This document shows positions 18,696-26,991 of a DNA stretch of 64,000 bases, piece by piece (position 1 is the stretch's first letter; every line of letters starts with the position of its first letter). Source of the stretch: a virus; the IMG/VR virus record IMGVR_UViG_3300032265_003779, positions 23,591 through 87,590 of that record; one strand, 5' to 3'. A program made the position numbers and the translations under genes. Under the pieces are notes generated by a model. The model had not been told where the DNA came from and made no database searches. It was given only the letters and a program-made list of their open reading frames with translations.

Positions 18696-19013
18696 ATGGC
18701 AGACTACATTGTTAAATTAAATCCGGATGTTGTTAATATGGGCACTGAAGGAGGAATGGATAGCTCTTTAGTAGACGGCAAGTCTATTCAAAGAACACTT
18801 CATGGTTTAATGGTAGTAAATGGCGAAGATCGCAAAATGGTTGGAAAATTAGCAGACGGCGAATCATTTAATGATGTTGTAGAAAAAGAAGATCTTACAG
18901 ATATGGTTACGCCAACTCCTACACCTACACCAACAAAGACTCCTACACCTACACCAACAAAGACTCCTACACCTACACCAACAAAGACTCCTACACCTAC
19001 ACCAACAGCGTGA
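18696..19013 (+). CDS. Small protein with C-terminal Pro-Thr-Lys tail (putative virion decoration protein)
   Basis: SD AAGGAG; TATATA box; PTPTPTKT repeats. Confidence 0.8.
   Translation: MADYIVKLNPDVVNMGTEGGMDSSLVDGKSIQRTLHGLMVVNGEDRKMVGKLADGESFNDVVEKEDLTDMVTPTPTPTPTKTPTPTPTKTPTPTPTKTPTPTPTA
18915..19007 (+). repeat. 24-bp tandem repeat ACTCCTACACCTACACCAACAAAG, about 3.9 copies
   Basis: Direct reading of the sequence. Confidence 0.95.
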
Positions 19014-19025
19014 TGAAGATTAGCT

Positions 19026-19268
19026 CTAACGGGGCGAAATTTCGTTACTTGTTCTGTGGATTGTTGGATAAGTGTTAGGCGGAATTTCGTCACAAACTAA
19101 AATTTCATCACCATTTTCAGATTTAGTTCCAAACATAAAAGAATCTTTACCTAAAACTCTAAACTCTACATTGTCTAGTTTCAGGATAACTTTGTCGGTA
19201 TCTTTGTCGGTAAAAACTATGCTATCCCTGTATGAATAAACTATCTGTGAAGATTTCTTAGGCGTCAA
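19026..19268 (-). CDS. Hypothetical protein (TTG start uncertain)
   Basis: Open frame with globular-looking sequence. Confidence 0.5.
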   Translation of the reverse strand: MTPKKSSQIVYSYRDSIVFTDKDTDKVILKLDNVEFRVLGKDSFMFGTKSENGDEILVCDEIPPNTYPTIHRTSNEISPR

Positions 19269-19429
19269 AAAAAATGGTATAAACTAAAGGTCAACAAGGC
19301 GGTGATCACGCAGCATGTAAGTATCCAGGGTCTTTCTTTATCGCTGAATCTCGTAACTTCTGGTCTTTTGTCGCTGAATCTCGTAACTTCTGGTCTGTAG
19401 ATTTTATGGAAAAAATAAAATAGATTCAT
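19265..19429 (-). CDS. 54-aa protein with duplicated RPEVTRFSDK and a hydrophobic C-terminus (not in the track)
   Basis: ATG overlaps the upstream TGA; the 30-bp duplication at 19341-19396 keeps the frame. Confidence 0.5.
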   Translation of the reverse strand: MNLFYFFHKIYRPEVTRFSDKRPEVTRFSDKERPWILTCCVITALLTFSLYHFF

Positions 19430-19752
19430 ACTGGCTCCACACAATTTCTGTCAATGCAAACAATATTTGGGGCATCAACGACTTGAAAAATTCCATCACT
19501 ATTTCTTTTAGCAAGTTTTTCTGACTGGAAAAAGAAATTGGCTAGTAGACCAGCCGTAAACACTTTTTCGTCCCAATCATCAAACTGAATTATCCCCTCG
19601 GGAATAATTTCTTCGACAATATCAGGGAGAACTTGAATTTGCATTTCATGAGGCATTTCGGTAAAACCACTACACTCCAGAACATTCGGCTTAGCATGAG
19701 GAACATACCAAACTAAGTCCTTGATACGATCTTTAAGCAGTTTAAATTTCAT
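19426..19752 (-). CDS. Hypothetical protein
   Basis: ORF in the minus-strand run. Confidence 0.7.
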   Translation of the reverse strand: MKFKLLKDRIKDLVWYVPHAKPNVLECSGFTEMPHEMQIQVLPDIVEEIIPEGIIQFDDWDEKVFTAGLLANFFFQSEKLAKRNSDGIFQVVDAPNIVCIDRNCVEPV

Positions 19753-19762
19753 TTTCTACTTT

Positions 19763-20164
19763 CTAAAGTAGTGTAACATCTTTTGTAAATTTATTAAATT
19801 TTAAAGTAATTTTTCTTACAAGAGGTTTACTTTCATCATAATTAAACGAGCATTCATCTGCTATTACCTCTAATGTGGCAAAGTTAACCTCACGTAAAAC
19901 ATTACCAACTGCGTCGTAGGACTTAAATTTTAATAAGTCCATAGAATGATCCATAAAAATCCAATTCTCTAATTGTTTGTCTGTTAGTGTGTCTTTATGT
20001 TCATTAAAAATTTCATAAAAACCTATTATTATATTTTTTTTAATTAAATCAAATTTAAATTCACAAATTGTATTTTTAAAATTATTATATTTTGACAAAC
20101 TAGACTCTAAAGTGAATCTGTAGTTCATTGAAATAGTTGCTTGTTTTTCAGGTGTAGAATCCAT
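19763..20164 (-). CDS. Divergent tail-tube-fold-like protein
   Basis: YRFTL...W...SYDAVGN...FNYDES...ITLKF parallels the two gp19 proteins at 49.9-51.2 kb. Confidence 0.5.
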   Translation of the reverse strand: MDSTPEKQATISMNYRFTLESSLSKYNNFKNTICEFKFDLIKKNIIIGFYEIFNEHKDTLTDKQLENWIFMDHSMDLLKFKSYDAVGNVLREVNFATLEVIADECSFNYDESKPLVRKITLKFNKFTKDVTLL

Positions 20165-20230
20165 ATTTTTATCTCTTTTTTAATAAGGTTTTTCCAAGTA
20201 TACAGAAATACTAGGAAAAGTCAACTGTTT

Positions 20231-21295
20231 TCACCTTATTAAATTGTTGAATAATATATTTTTTATTGTGCCAAGACCAGTGCAGGCGTCCCAACCGGAT
20301 TTTGCTGTGAATCCGCCATTATTACCAGAAACAATATCATTAAAATTAGACAAACTTAAAGAATAAAGCTTTGGATTAATGAATCCTAAACTTCTACGAG
20401 CAGCTTGATTGCATCTAGCTATATAAGCAGCCCAAATAGGAGATACAGCACTTGTTCCTCCAAAAATATATAATCCACCATCAACTATAACCTTGATTCC
20501 GGTAGCAGGATCAGCAACACCAGAAACGTCTGGAACGCCTCTTTTGTTTCCAGTTGGAATAGCTGAATTTTGCCATACAGGTTTTGAAAACAAAGCACTA
20601 TCTCCCCCACCAGTAGCTCCGTAGCCGTTATTCCAAACCGTTTCTGATAACCAAGTAGCTCCAGAAGAAGAAAGTGTAGTTCCTCCACAAGCTAAAACAT
20701 ATGGACTACTTGCTGGAAAATCTACATGATTACCAATTTCTCCATCGGTACTTCCAGAATCCCCAGATGCTACAGTCACTGTAATGTTTGCAGAAACAGC
20801 TCTTTGAAAAGCACTATTCATTCCTGATATTCCTGATAATGTCCATTGATCTTCTGGTGCTCCCCAAGATATACTAATTATATTAACTCTGTCTGTAACA
20901 GCTCTGTTAATAGCATTTATAAAACCCTGCTCGCTATTAGGAGCTATATAAACAATTGGTGTTATACCATTTGCCAAGCCTATTGTGGTGCACAAATCAA
21001 GCATTACCTCACCATCGTCTGAATAAGCATTGGTTGGGCGATTTCTTGCTCCATCCACGGAAACAAATTGAACAGTAGGAGATCTTAAACCCAATCTTGA
21101 AAAATAAAGATTTAAATCTGGTTGTTTGAAACCACCACCTAATTCTATAAAAGCAACTTTTTGCCCAGTGCCATTATAGGAAGTTGGAAATCCATAAATT
21201 GGAGCCAATTGATTTGGATAATACCATTGTGTAACAATGTTGCTGTTAGCTAATATGGAGCTATTTTCCAGGCGACGATAATAAGGTTTGAACAC
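20231..21295 (-). CDS. Sedolisin/kumamolisin (S53) peptidase catalytic domain, no prodomain
   Basis: GEVMLD, ISISWG, ASGDSG, PASSPYV, RGVPDV, GGTSA, GWDACTGLGT; SD AGGAGG with GTG start. Confidence 0.93.
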   Translation of the reverse strand: MFKPYYRRLENSSILANSNIVTQWYYPNQLAPIYGFPTSYNGTGQKVAFIELGGGFKQPDLNLYFSRLGLRSPTVQFVSVDGARNRPTNAYSDDGEVMLDLCTTIGLANGITPIVYIAPNSEQGFINAINRAVTDRVNIISISWGAPEDQWTLSGISGMNSAFQRAVSANITVTVASGDSGSTDGEIGNHVDFPASSPYVLACGGTTLSSSGATWLSETVWNNGYGATGGGDSALFSKPVWQNSAIPTGNKRGVPDVSGVADPATGIKVIVDGGLYIFGGTSAVSPIWAAYIARCNQAARRSLGFINPKLYSLSLSNFNDIVSGNNGGFTAKSGWDACTGLGTIKNILFNNLIR

Positions 21296-21340
21296 CTTAA
21301 CCTCCTTGTTAAAGTTACTTCTCTATAGTATATATTATTC

Positions 21341-23311
21341 TTAATAATTAATTCTTAAGCTCGACCTGTGATATTTGCTTAGCAAAGCAAGTTTTCTTTT
21401 GCCAAGAATCTTAGTTATTTTTTCCTCAGCCTTATGAATATTTAATTGTTTATATTTTCTAATAAGATTATAAACATCATCTCCATCCATATTTTCATGC
21501 TTGGCTGCAACTCCTTCTAAAAATCCTTTGATTTGTTCTGTGGTAAGATCTACTCCTTGCCATCTTATAAAATTTCCTGTCTGCTCTGATTCCATCTTGC
21601 TGTATAAAAATCCTTGTTTTAAATTAAGTTGGCTTACTATTTCTGATCCTAGCATAGACGCCATCTCTTTCCCAGGAGTGTATGGAACTTTAACAGGCTT
21701 AGACTCAGGCTTCTGGAAATCCCATACCGTCCTGTCCCAGATAGTTGAAGTTGACTTTTGATTGAGTTGGCACATTAGCAAGTCTGTTATATCTGAATTT
21801 CTTAATTTATTTTCAAGAATACCGGATGTTCTAAAGGTGTTGATAGTTTTTTGTTTATCTTTACTTAGCAATAATACTTTAACAAAGTAGTCTGAGGGCA
21901 AATTAATCTCGGATCCTGCTTTTGCTAATATTTTAAGTATATCAAAACTATAGTCAAATTTTTCAATAATCTTTATTAGCTCTTGTGGCGATAGTATTTT
22001 GGCTACCTTTGATGACGATTTGCTATAGATAGTATCTAAATTTTCAAGGTTAGCCGCTTTAATTATATTTGACCATGTATTGCTGTCAAGCATGTGTTGA
22101 TCGTAACTTCCTTTGTAGACTACATCAAGAATCTTTTTAATTACTTTTTGAACAAAGCTTTCTTCGTTCTTTTCAATTATTTCTTCTATAATCGAAGATA
22201 GCCTAAGGCGTCCTGCACCCATGTCCCAAATCTTTACCGCAGCGTTTAAAAACAATTCAATATTATCTATACTTTTTTCATCTGCTGCTCGCATTAAACT
22301 CTTTTCAATAGTTGATAGAGTTACTCTTTTAAGATTTCCAGACTTTATTTTTTCTATAAGATCTTCATAGCTAGAGACAGATACTACCGGAAGGTTATAG
22401 CAGCTTATTGGAGAATTGTGAGCCATTAAGAAGTCATACTCATCACCCAATACTTCTTCTGGTGGCAAGTTTCTTACGTCATGAAATTGATGGTTTAATG
22501 CATCATCACAGCTTACAAATTGATATTTAACTTTATCTTTTACGTGAAAAATATATATGTCGTTTTTGGCGTAATTTCTGTGATATGTTCCTGTAGGGTC
22601 TGCTGTGCAGAAGTTTCCACCTTTGCCATACTTACAGAGAACCATATGTCTTTCACCAATTAATTTTTCTTTTTGTTTTTCATCCTCTTTATAGAAAGAA
22701 AGCTTAGGACACCGGTATAAAGTATAATCGCCTTCTTTTGCTACCGTTTGAATTAATCTTGAATCTTCACTTAATGTTTGACCAGACTTTTTAAGGCGTT
22801 CTTGTTCACGTTTGCTAATTTCCTGACTTCTTTCGATAGCAGCGTCTGTGTAAAATTTAGATTCACTGCCTATGACCAGCCAGCCTTTAGCTCCAATTTC
22901 AGATTTAGGCAACTCTCCGCTACTTATTCTTCTTTTGGTTTCATCTATAGCAGCTCTTAAATCTTCGTCGTGCCAAGCATCATTATAAGAAACAATAAAA
23001 CCCATACTAAAAGCAAACCAATTATAGTTTTCAACATTTTTTTCTTTTAAAACATTTATTATTGATCTCGCCTTGGCTATTCCAGCGAGTCTTTCAAGCC
23101 TGGGTCCTTCGTCAGAACGCAGGTGAGGTATTCCTATAAGGAATTTTAAATCAATATTGCTATAAACACCCCCTAAAAAATCTTTTAATGAGTTTAACAC
23201 TCCATTTTCTCTTGGGTTGTTTTTTGCGTATTTCTCTAGATTATCACACCAAAGACCCCAATTTTGTTCTGCGTTTTCGTTTAATATTAATAACCAATGC
23301 TTAAAATTCAT
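21341..23311 (-). CDS. Large protein with N-terminal tag, paralog A (CKYG..FCTA domain plus helical C-terminus)
   Basis: Shares INVLKEKNVENYNWFAFS, GELPK.EIG.KGW and LCKYGKG..CTA with 23723-25654. Confidence 0.8.
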   Translation of the reverse strand: MNFKHWLLILNENAEQNWGLWCDNLEKYAKNNPRENGVLNSLKDFLGGVYSNIDLKFLIGIPHLRSDEGPRLERLAGIAKARSIINVLKEKNVENYNWFAFSMGFIVSYNDAWHDEDLRAAIDETKRRISSGELPKSEIGAKGWLVIGSESKFYTDAAIERSQEISKREQERLKKSGQTLSEDSRLIQTVAKEGDYTLYRCPKLSFYKEDEKQKEKLIGERHMVLCKYGKGGNFCTADPTGTYHRNYAKNDIYIFHVKDKVKYQFVSCDDALNHQFHDVRNLPPEEVLGDEYDFLMAHNSPISCYNLPVVSVSSYEDLIEKIKSGNLKRVTLSTIEKSLMRAADEKSIDNIELFLNAAVKIWDMGAGRLRLSSIIEEIIEKNEESFVQKVIKKILDVVYKGSYDQHMLDSNTWSNIIKAANLENLDTIYSKSSSKVAKILSPQELIKIIEKFDYSFDILKILAKAGSEINLPSDYFVKVLLLSKDKQKTINTFRTSGILENKLRNSDITDLLMCQLNQKSTSTIWDRTVWDFQKPESKPVKVPYTPGKEMASMLGSEIVSQLNLKQGFLYSKMESEQTGNFIRWQGVDLTTEQIKGFLEGVAAKHENMDGDDVYNLIRKYKQLNIHKAEEKITKILGKRKLALLSKYHRSSLRINY

Positions 23312-23378
23312 TATAATTTATATATAACTTTAATATATAAATTATAATGGTGGCGGGGACTTGTTTTAAAGGAAAATT

Positions 23379-23585
23379 ATGAAGAGTTTCAATCAATGGT
23401 TAGAATCTAAACTTCCAGAAATTAATTGTGAATGTGATTGCAAACCTTGTAGAGAAAGTGATTGCAAAAATTGCAATTGCAAAAATTGTAAGTGCAAAGG
23501 ATGCAAATGCAAAGAAACAGATGAAGACAAAGAAGGAATGTTTAGAAGAGTGAAAACAGTACCTTTAAAATCAACAGAAAAATGA
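23379..23585 (+). CDS. Metallothionein-like Cys-rich small protein with N-terminal tag
   Basis: 11 Cys in CxC/CxxC array; MKSFNQWLE; SD AAGGA. Confidence 0.75.
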   Translation: MKSFNQWLESKLPEINCECDCKPCRESDCKNCNCKNCKCKGCKCKETDEDKEGMFRRVKTVPLKSTEK

Positions 23586-23726
23586 TTATTTGATTTCAAT
23601 AACTATTTTGTTTTTATCTTTGGTTACTTTAAAACCTTTTGGTGTTAAGTTTTTGTAATAATCTAAATACATTTCTATTTTAGACTTTTTACCTTCTTTT
23701 TCTTCTACATATTTTTTAAATTTCAT
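23586..23726 (-). CDS. 46-aa protein with N-terminal tag (MKFKKYVEE...; not in the track)
   Basis: ATGA overlap with the upstream gene; fills the gap exactly. Confidence 0.7.
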   Translation of the reverse strand: MKFKKYVEEKEGKKSKIEMYLDYYKNLTPKGFKVTKDKNKIVIEIK

Positions 23727-25654
23727 TTTAATCCTTCAGAAGAAAGATTTATTTTTTTGTGATATTGTTCAATAAGATCAAAGAATTTTTCTTTTTGCGT
23801 ACCACCAATGTATGAATATAAATATTTTGCAATAGATAAAATCTCTGGTTTCTTGATTTTAGTAATCCTATCACTACCTATTAATTCAAAAATTGATTCT
23901 AAATAGTTTTCTGGGATGTCCTTAGTAGCTTTAGTGAATGCACCGCCGAACATACCAGAATACCACTTTAATATAACTACTACAGCACTAGTGCTTATGT
24001 CTTTACTTAAAAGCCATTTTAAAAATTTAATTTGATAATTAAAATTATTTAACATCATTTGCTTTAATATAAATTCAACTAATTTTCCGGTTATTTTAGC
24101 TGTTCTGTTATTTAGTATCATTTCTAAAACATCAAATCCATTTTGAGTTACTACTGATGATATGCCATATTCATCTAAATTATTAAGAACTTCTGGTCCT
24201 AAAAGGACTATTGTTTTTTCTCGTTCTTTACTATGATCTTTTGGTCCGAATTCGTTAATAATCTTCTCGATAGCACCAGAATTTAAATTTGATTTTTTGA
24301 TAACATCTATGTTATCTTTTAATATTTGATATATATTGCCAGGATCGCTTGAAAGAATATTCTTAATAACAAAGCTTGAAATATTGCTAACCCCAACCTC
24401 CTTAAAAGAGTTTGACATTTTTTCAGCAAACTCATCTATTACTTTTTGTGCACCAAGTTTTTTAATAAAAGATTGTAATAATTTATCTTGGTCGTAAGAT
24501 AAGAATGCACTGTCAAACCAACTTGGATCTTTATATTTTATCAGATTTCTTAAAACTTCTATTGACTGATTTTTATCCATTCTTTCTAAGAATGAGTTAA
24601 TATTTTTAGCACCTATATTTTTATAAATATCAGAAGTATCTTCTGAATTCATCAATTCATCAAAACTATAGCTTCTGCTTAAATTGTAACATTTTATCTT
24701 AGATTTTAAATTTTTATTTAAAATATCATAAACATCACCTTCTAATTCTTTAACTGGTGTGTTGTCTACATCCATGAATTGGTGGTTACGATCATCATTG
24801 CAATCTACGAACTGATAAGCCGGTTTATCATCTATATGAATTGTGTATATGTTGTTTTTAGAATAATATGGATGATAAGTTCCTTGAGGATTTGCTGTAC
24901 ACCAAACTGTTCCTTTTCCATATTTACATAATATCATTTGCCGATCTTTTAATGTTTTATCGTCTGGGTTTACTTTGTCTAACGGAGCTCCTACTAGAGC
25001 ATTTTGTCTTATACTATCAAGAGATGGTCCTTTTTCTATCGCTGGAATAAAATATACTTTAATATTTTTTTCACTTTCAATTAACTTTACATATCTTTCA
25101 TCATCTCCTAGGGTTTCTCCTTTTTTCTTCATCTTTAACTTAGTTCTATTGCTTATTTCTTGTTGAGCAACTATATAAGCGTCCACATACTGTTGTGCCT
25201 CTGCTCCTATTGTCATCCAGCCTTTAGTTCCAATTTCAGTTTTAGGCAATTCACCATTGTCTACTCTTTGCTTGGTTACGTCTATGGCTAACTCAAGATC
25301 TTCTTGATGAATTTCAAGTCTTTTAAATATTGAAAATCCTAAACTAAAAGCAAACCAATTGTAATTTTCAACATTTTTTTCTTTTAAAACATTTATTATA
25401 ATATCTTTGGTTTGTTGGTTTATTATGCTATGTAAACTTTCTTTATCAGCATCACTTAAGGTTTTAGGATCAACTCCTATCACAGACTCACGTTCAAATT
25501 CCGTTTGGTGGTACGCTGGGAGGATAATCCAAGAATAAGGTTTAAGCAATCTTTTTTCATTTCCTTTAGCATATTGAAAAGCCAATTCAAGCCATTTATT
25601 AAAGTTTTCTTCTATGTTTTCATTTAAAAATAACCAATGTTTAAAAAATGTCAT
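23723..25654 (-). CDS. Large protein with N-terminal tag, paralog B (WCTA domain plus helical C-terminus)
   Basis: Paralog of 21341-23311. Confidence 0.8.
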   Translation of the reverse strand: MTFFKHWLFLNENIEENFNKWLELAFQYAKGNEKRLLKPYSWIILPAYHQTEFERESVIGVDPKTLSDADKESLHSIINQQTKDIIINVLKEKNVENYNWFAFSLGFSIFKRLEIHQEDLELAIDVTKQRVDNGELPKTEIGTKGWMTIGAEAQQYVDAYIVAQQEISNRTKLKMKKKGETLGDDERYVKLIESEKNIKVYFIPAIEKGPSLDSIRQNALVGAPLDKVNPDDKTLKDRQMILCKYGKGTVWCTANPQGTYHPYYSKNNIYTIHIDDKPAYQFVDCNDDRNHQFMDVDNTPVKELEGDVYDILNKNLKSKIKCYNLSRSYSFDELMNSEDTSDIYKNIGAKNINSFLERMDKNQSIEVLRNLIKYKDPSWFDSAFLSYDQDKLLQSFIKKLGAQKVIDEFAEKMSNSFKEVGVSNISSFVIKNILSSDPGNIYQILKDNIDVIKKSNLNSGAIEKIINEFGPKDHSKEREKTIVLLGPEVLNNLDEYGISSVVTQNGFDVLEMILNNRTAKITGKLVEFILKQMMLNNFNYQIKFLKWLLSKDISTSAVVVILKWYSGMFGGAFTKATKDIPENYLESIFELIGSDRITKIKKPEILSIAKYLYSYIGGTQKEKFFDLIEQYHKKINLSSEGLK

Positions 25655-25673
25655 AATAATTATTTATCCGTGT

Positions 25674-26348
25674 TTAATTAAACCTACTGTGTTTTTCTTT
25701 AAAAGCTATTGCTGAATTTTTGAAACCTGCTAGGGCGTCCATTCCTCCGTTAACTCCACCTTTTTCTCCGCTTATCCTTCCTGTCCAGTCCATTATTATT
25801 AGGTGTATTAAAATTTTAACTTTTCTTTCATTTTTATAATTTCCATCTTTGTCTAAAATTAAATTACCCAATCTTCTGGATAGTTGTCCGTCTCTTAAAT
25901 TCATATGATTATCTATACAGAAATAAAGATCGCTTAGCTCATCTGGGGCTAAATTATTTAGCATGTTTTTTGCAACTGGGTGTAGCTTATCGATCATAGG
26001 AAGATAGTGAGTAGATCTTTGATGATCTATTGCTTGTATTTTTCCTTCTCCTCCAGCCGACCAATGTTTTCCGCCAATAGTGGTAGCACTAGCTTTGCCA
26101 ATATCGTGAAGCCAAGCTGCCATTTTTAATATTTTTTCTTCTTTTTCATCTAAATGAAAGTTTATATTTTTAAATGGAAATTTATTAGATTCTTTAGATA
26201 ATAAATTTTTAGCAGTATCTAAAGATTTTCTTACCATTCTTGTGTGGTTGAGAACATTACCTTCTGCATGGTGATCTGGATTTTGAGGAACTGGTTCTAG
26301 AAGATCTTTAAAACTTGTTTCTAACCATAATTTAAATTCCATAAACAC
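25674..26348 (-). CDS. HD-domain phosphohydrolase
   Basis: QNPDHHAEGNVLNHT, LHDIGK, DH, NHM, D; likely start at ATG 26342 (MEFKLWLE). Confidence 0.85.
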   Translation of the reverse strand: MFMEFKLWLETSFKDLLEPVPQNPDHHAEGNVLNHTRMVRKSLDTAKNLLSKESNKFPFKNINFHLDEKEEKILKMAAWLHDIGKASATTIGGKHWSAGGEGKIQAIDHQRSTHYLPMIDKLHPVAKNMLNNLAPDELSDLYFCIDNHMNLRDGQLSRRLGNLILDKDGNYKNERKVKILIHLIIMDWTGRISGEKGGVNGGMDALAGFKNSAIAFKEKHSRFN

Positions 26349-26408
26349 CTCTTTAATTTATATTGTATTTAGTCCTATATTTGAAAAATTAACACTAATT
26401 TAATTATT

Positions 26409-26981
26409 ATGAAGCTGCCATATCGTGTGACTGTTACGCCTCCAAAAACATCTGATCAGAGGGGAAATTTAATAACTCCTCCTTCTTTCAATTTAGAGTT
26501 TATTCAAATAAACTATGTAGATAGCCCAAGCAATAAAACTGTTAATGCTAATATTTTCCCTTTTCCTTTGCCTTTAAAGTTATGGCATGGAGAAGAATAT
26601 GATTCCATAGGAGATTGGACTCAAAAACAAGCTGAAAATAGAGTTTTTGAAGTTTTAGGTAATGATATACAAAAAAGTTTAAATGATCTTTATCCGGCTA
26701 CATTGGAGGACGATCCTAATGGTCCAGGAAGCATATTGAGCAAAATGTTAAGTAAGGTTGGAATAAAAGCTACACCTAATTGTAGTTGCAAACAACGTGC
26801 AATAACAATGAATAAAAACGGAGTGGAATGGTGTGAAAACAATATGGATACTATTCTTGGATGGCTCAAAGAAGAATCTGATAAAAGAAACCTTCCTTTC
26901 GTTGAAATTGTCGCAAAAATGCTTGTTTATAGGGCTATAAATAAATCAAAAAAATTAAACAAGAGTATAGATAAAGCATAG
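26409..26981 (+). CDS. Hypothetical protein with GPGS..L...CSC...MN...WC motif
   Basis: Clean ORF upstream of the Cys-rich gene. Confidence 0.7.
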   Translation: MKLPYRVTVTPPKTSDQRGNLITPPSFNLEFIQINYVDSPSNKTVNANIFPFPLPLKLWHGEEYDSIGDWTQKQAENRVFEVLGNDIQKSLNDLYPATLEDDPNGPGSILSKMLSKVGIKATPNCSCKQRAITMNKNGVEWCENNMDTILGWLKEESDKRNLPFVEIVAKMLVYRAINKSKKLNKSIDKA

Positions 26982-26991
26982 GAGAAAACGG

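Noticed and set aside
19341-19396. Direct repeat as a mini CRISPR array
   Set aside because: Only two copies with a 4-nt gap and no cas genes; it is an in-frame coding duplication
21341-25654. Diversity-generating retroelement TR/VR pair
   Set aside because: No reverse transcriptase in the window; the shared DNA is N-terminal paralogy and the differences are not an adenine-specific C-terminal pattern
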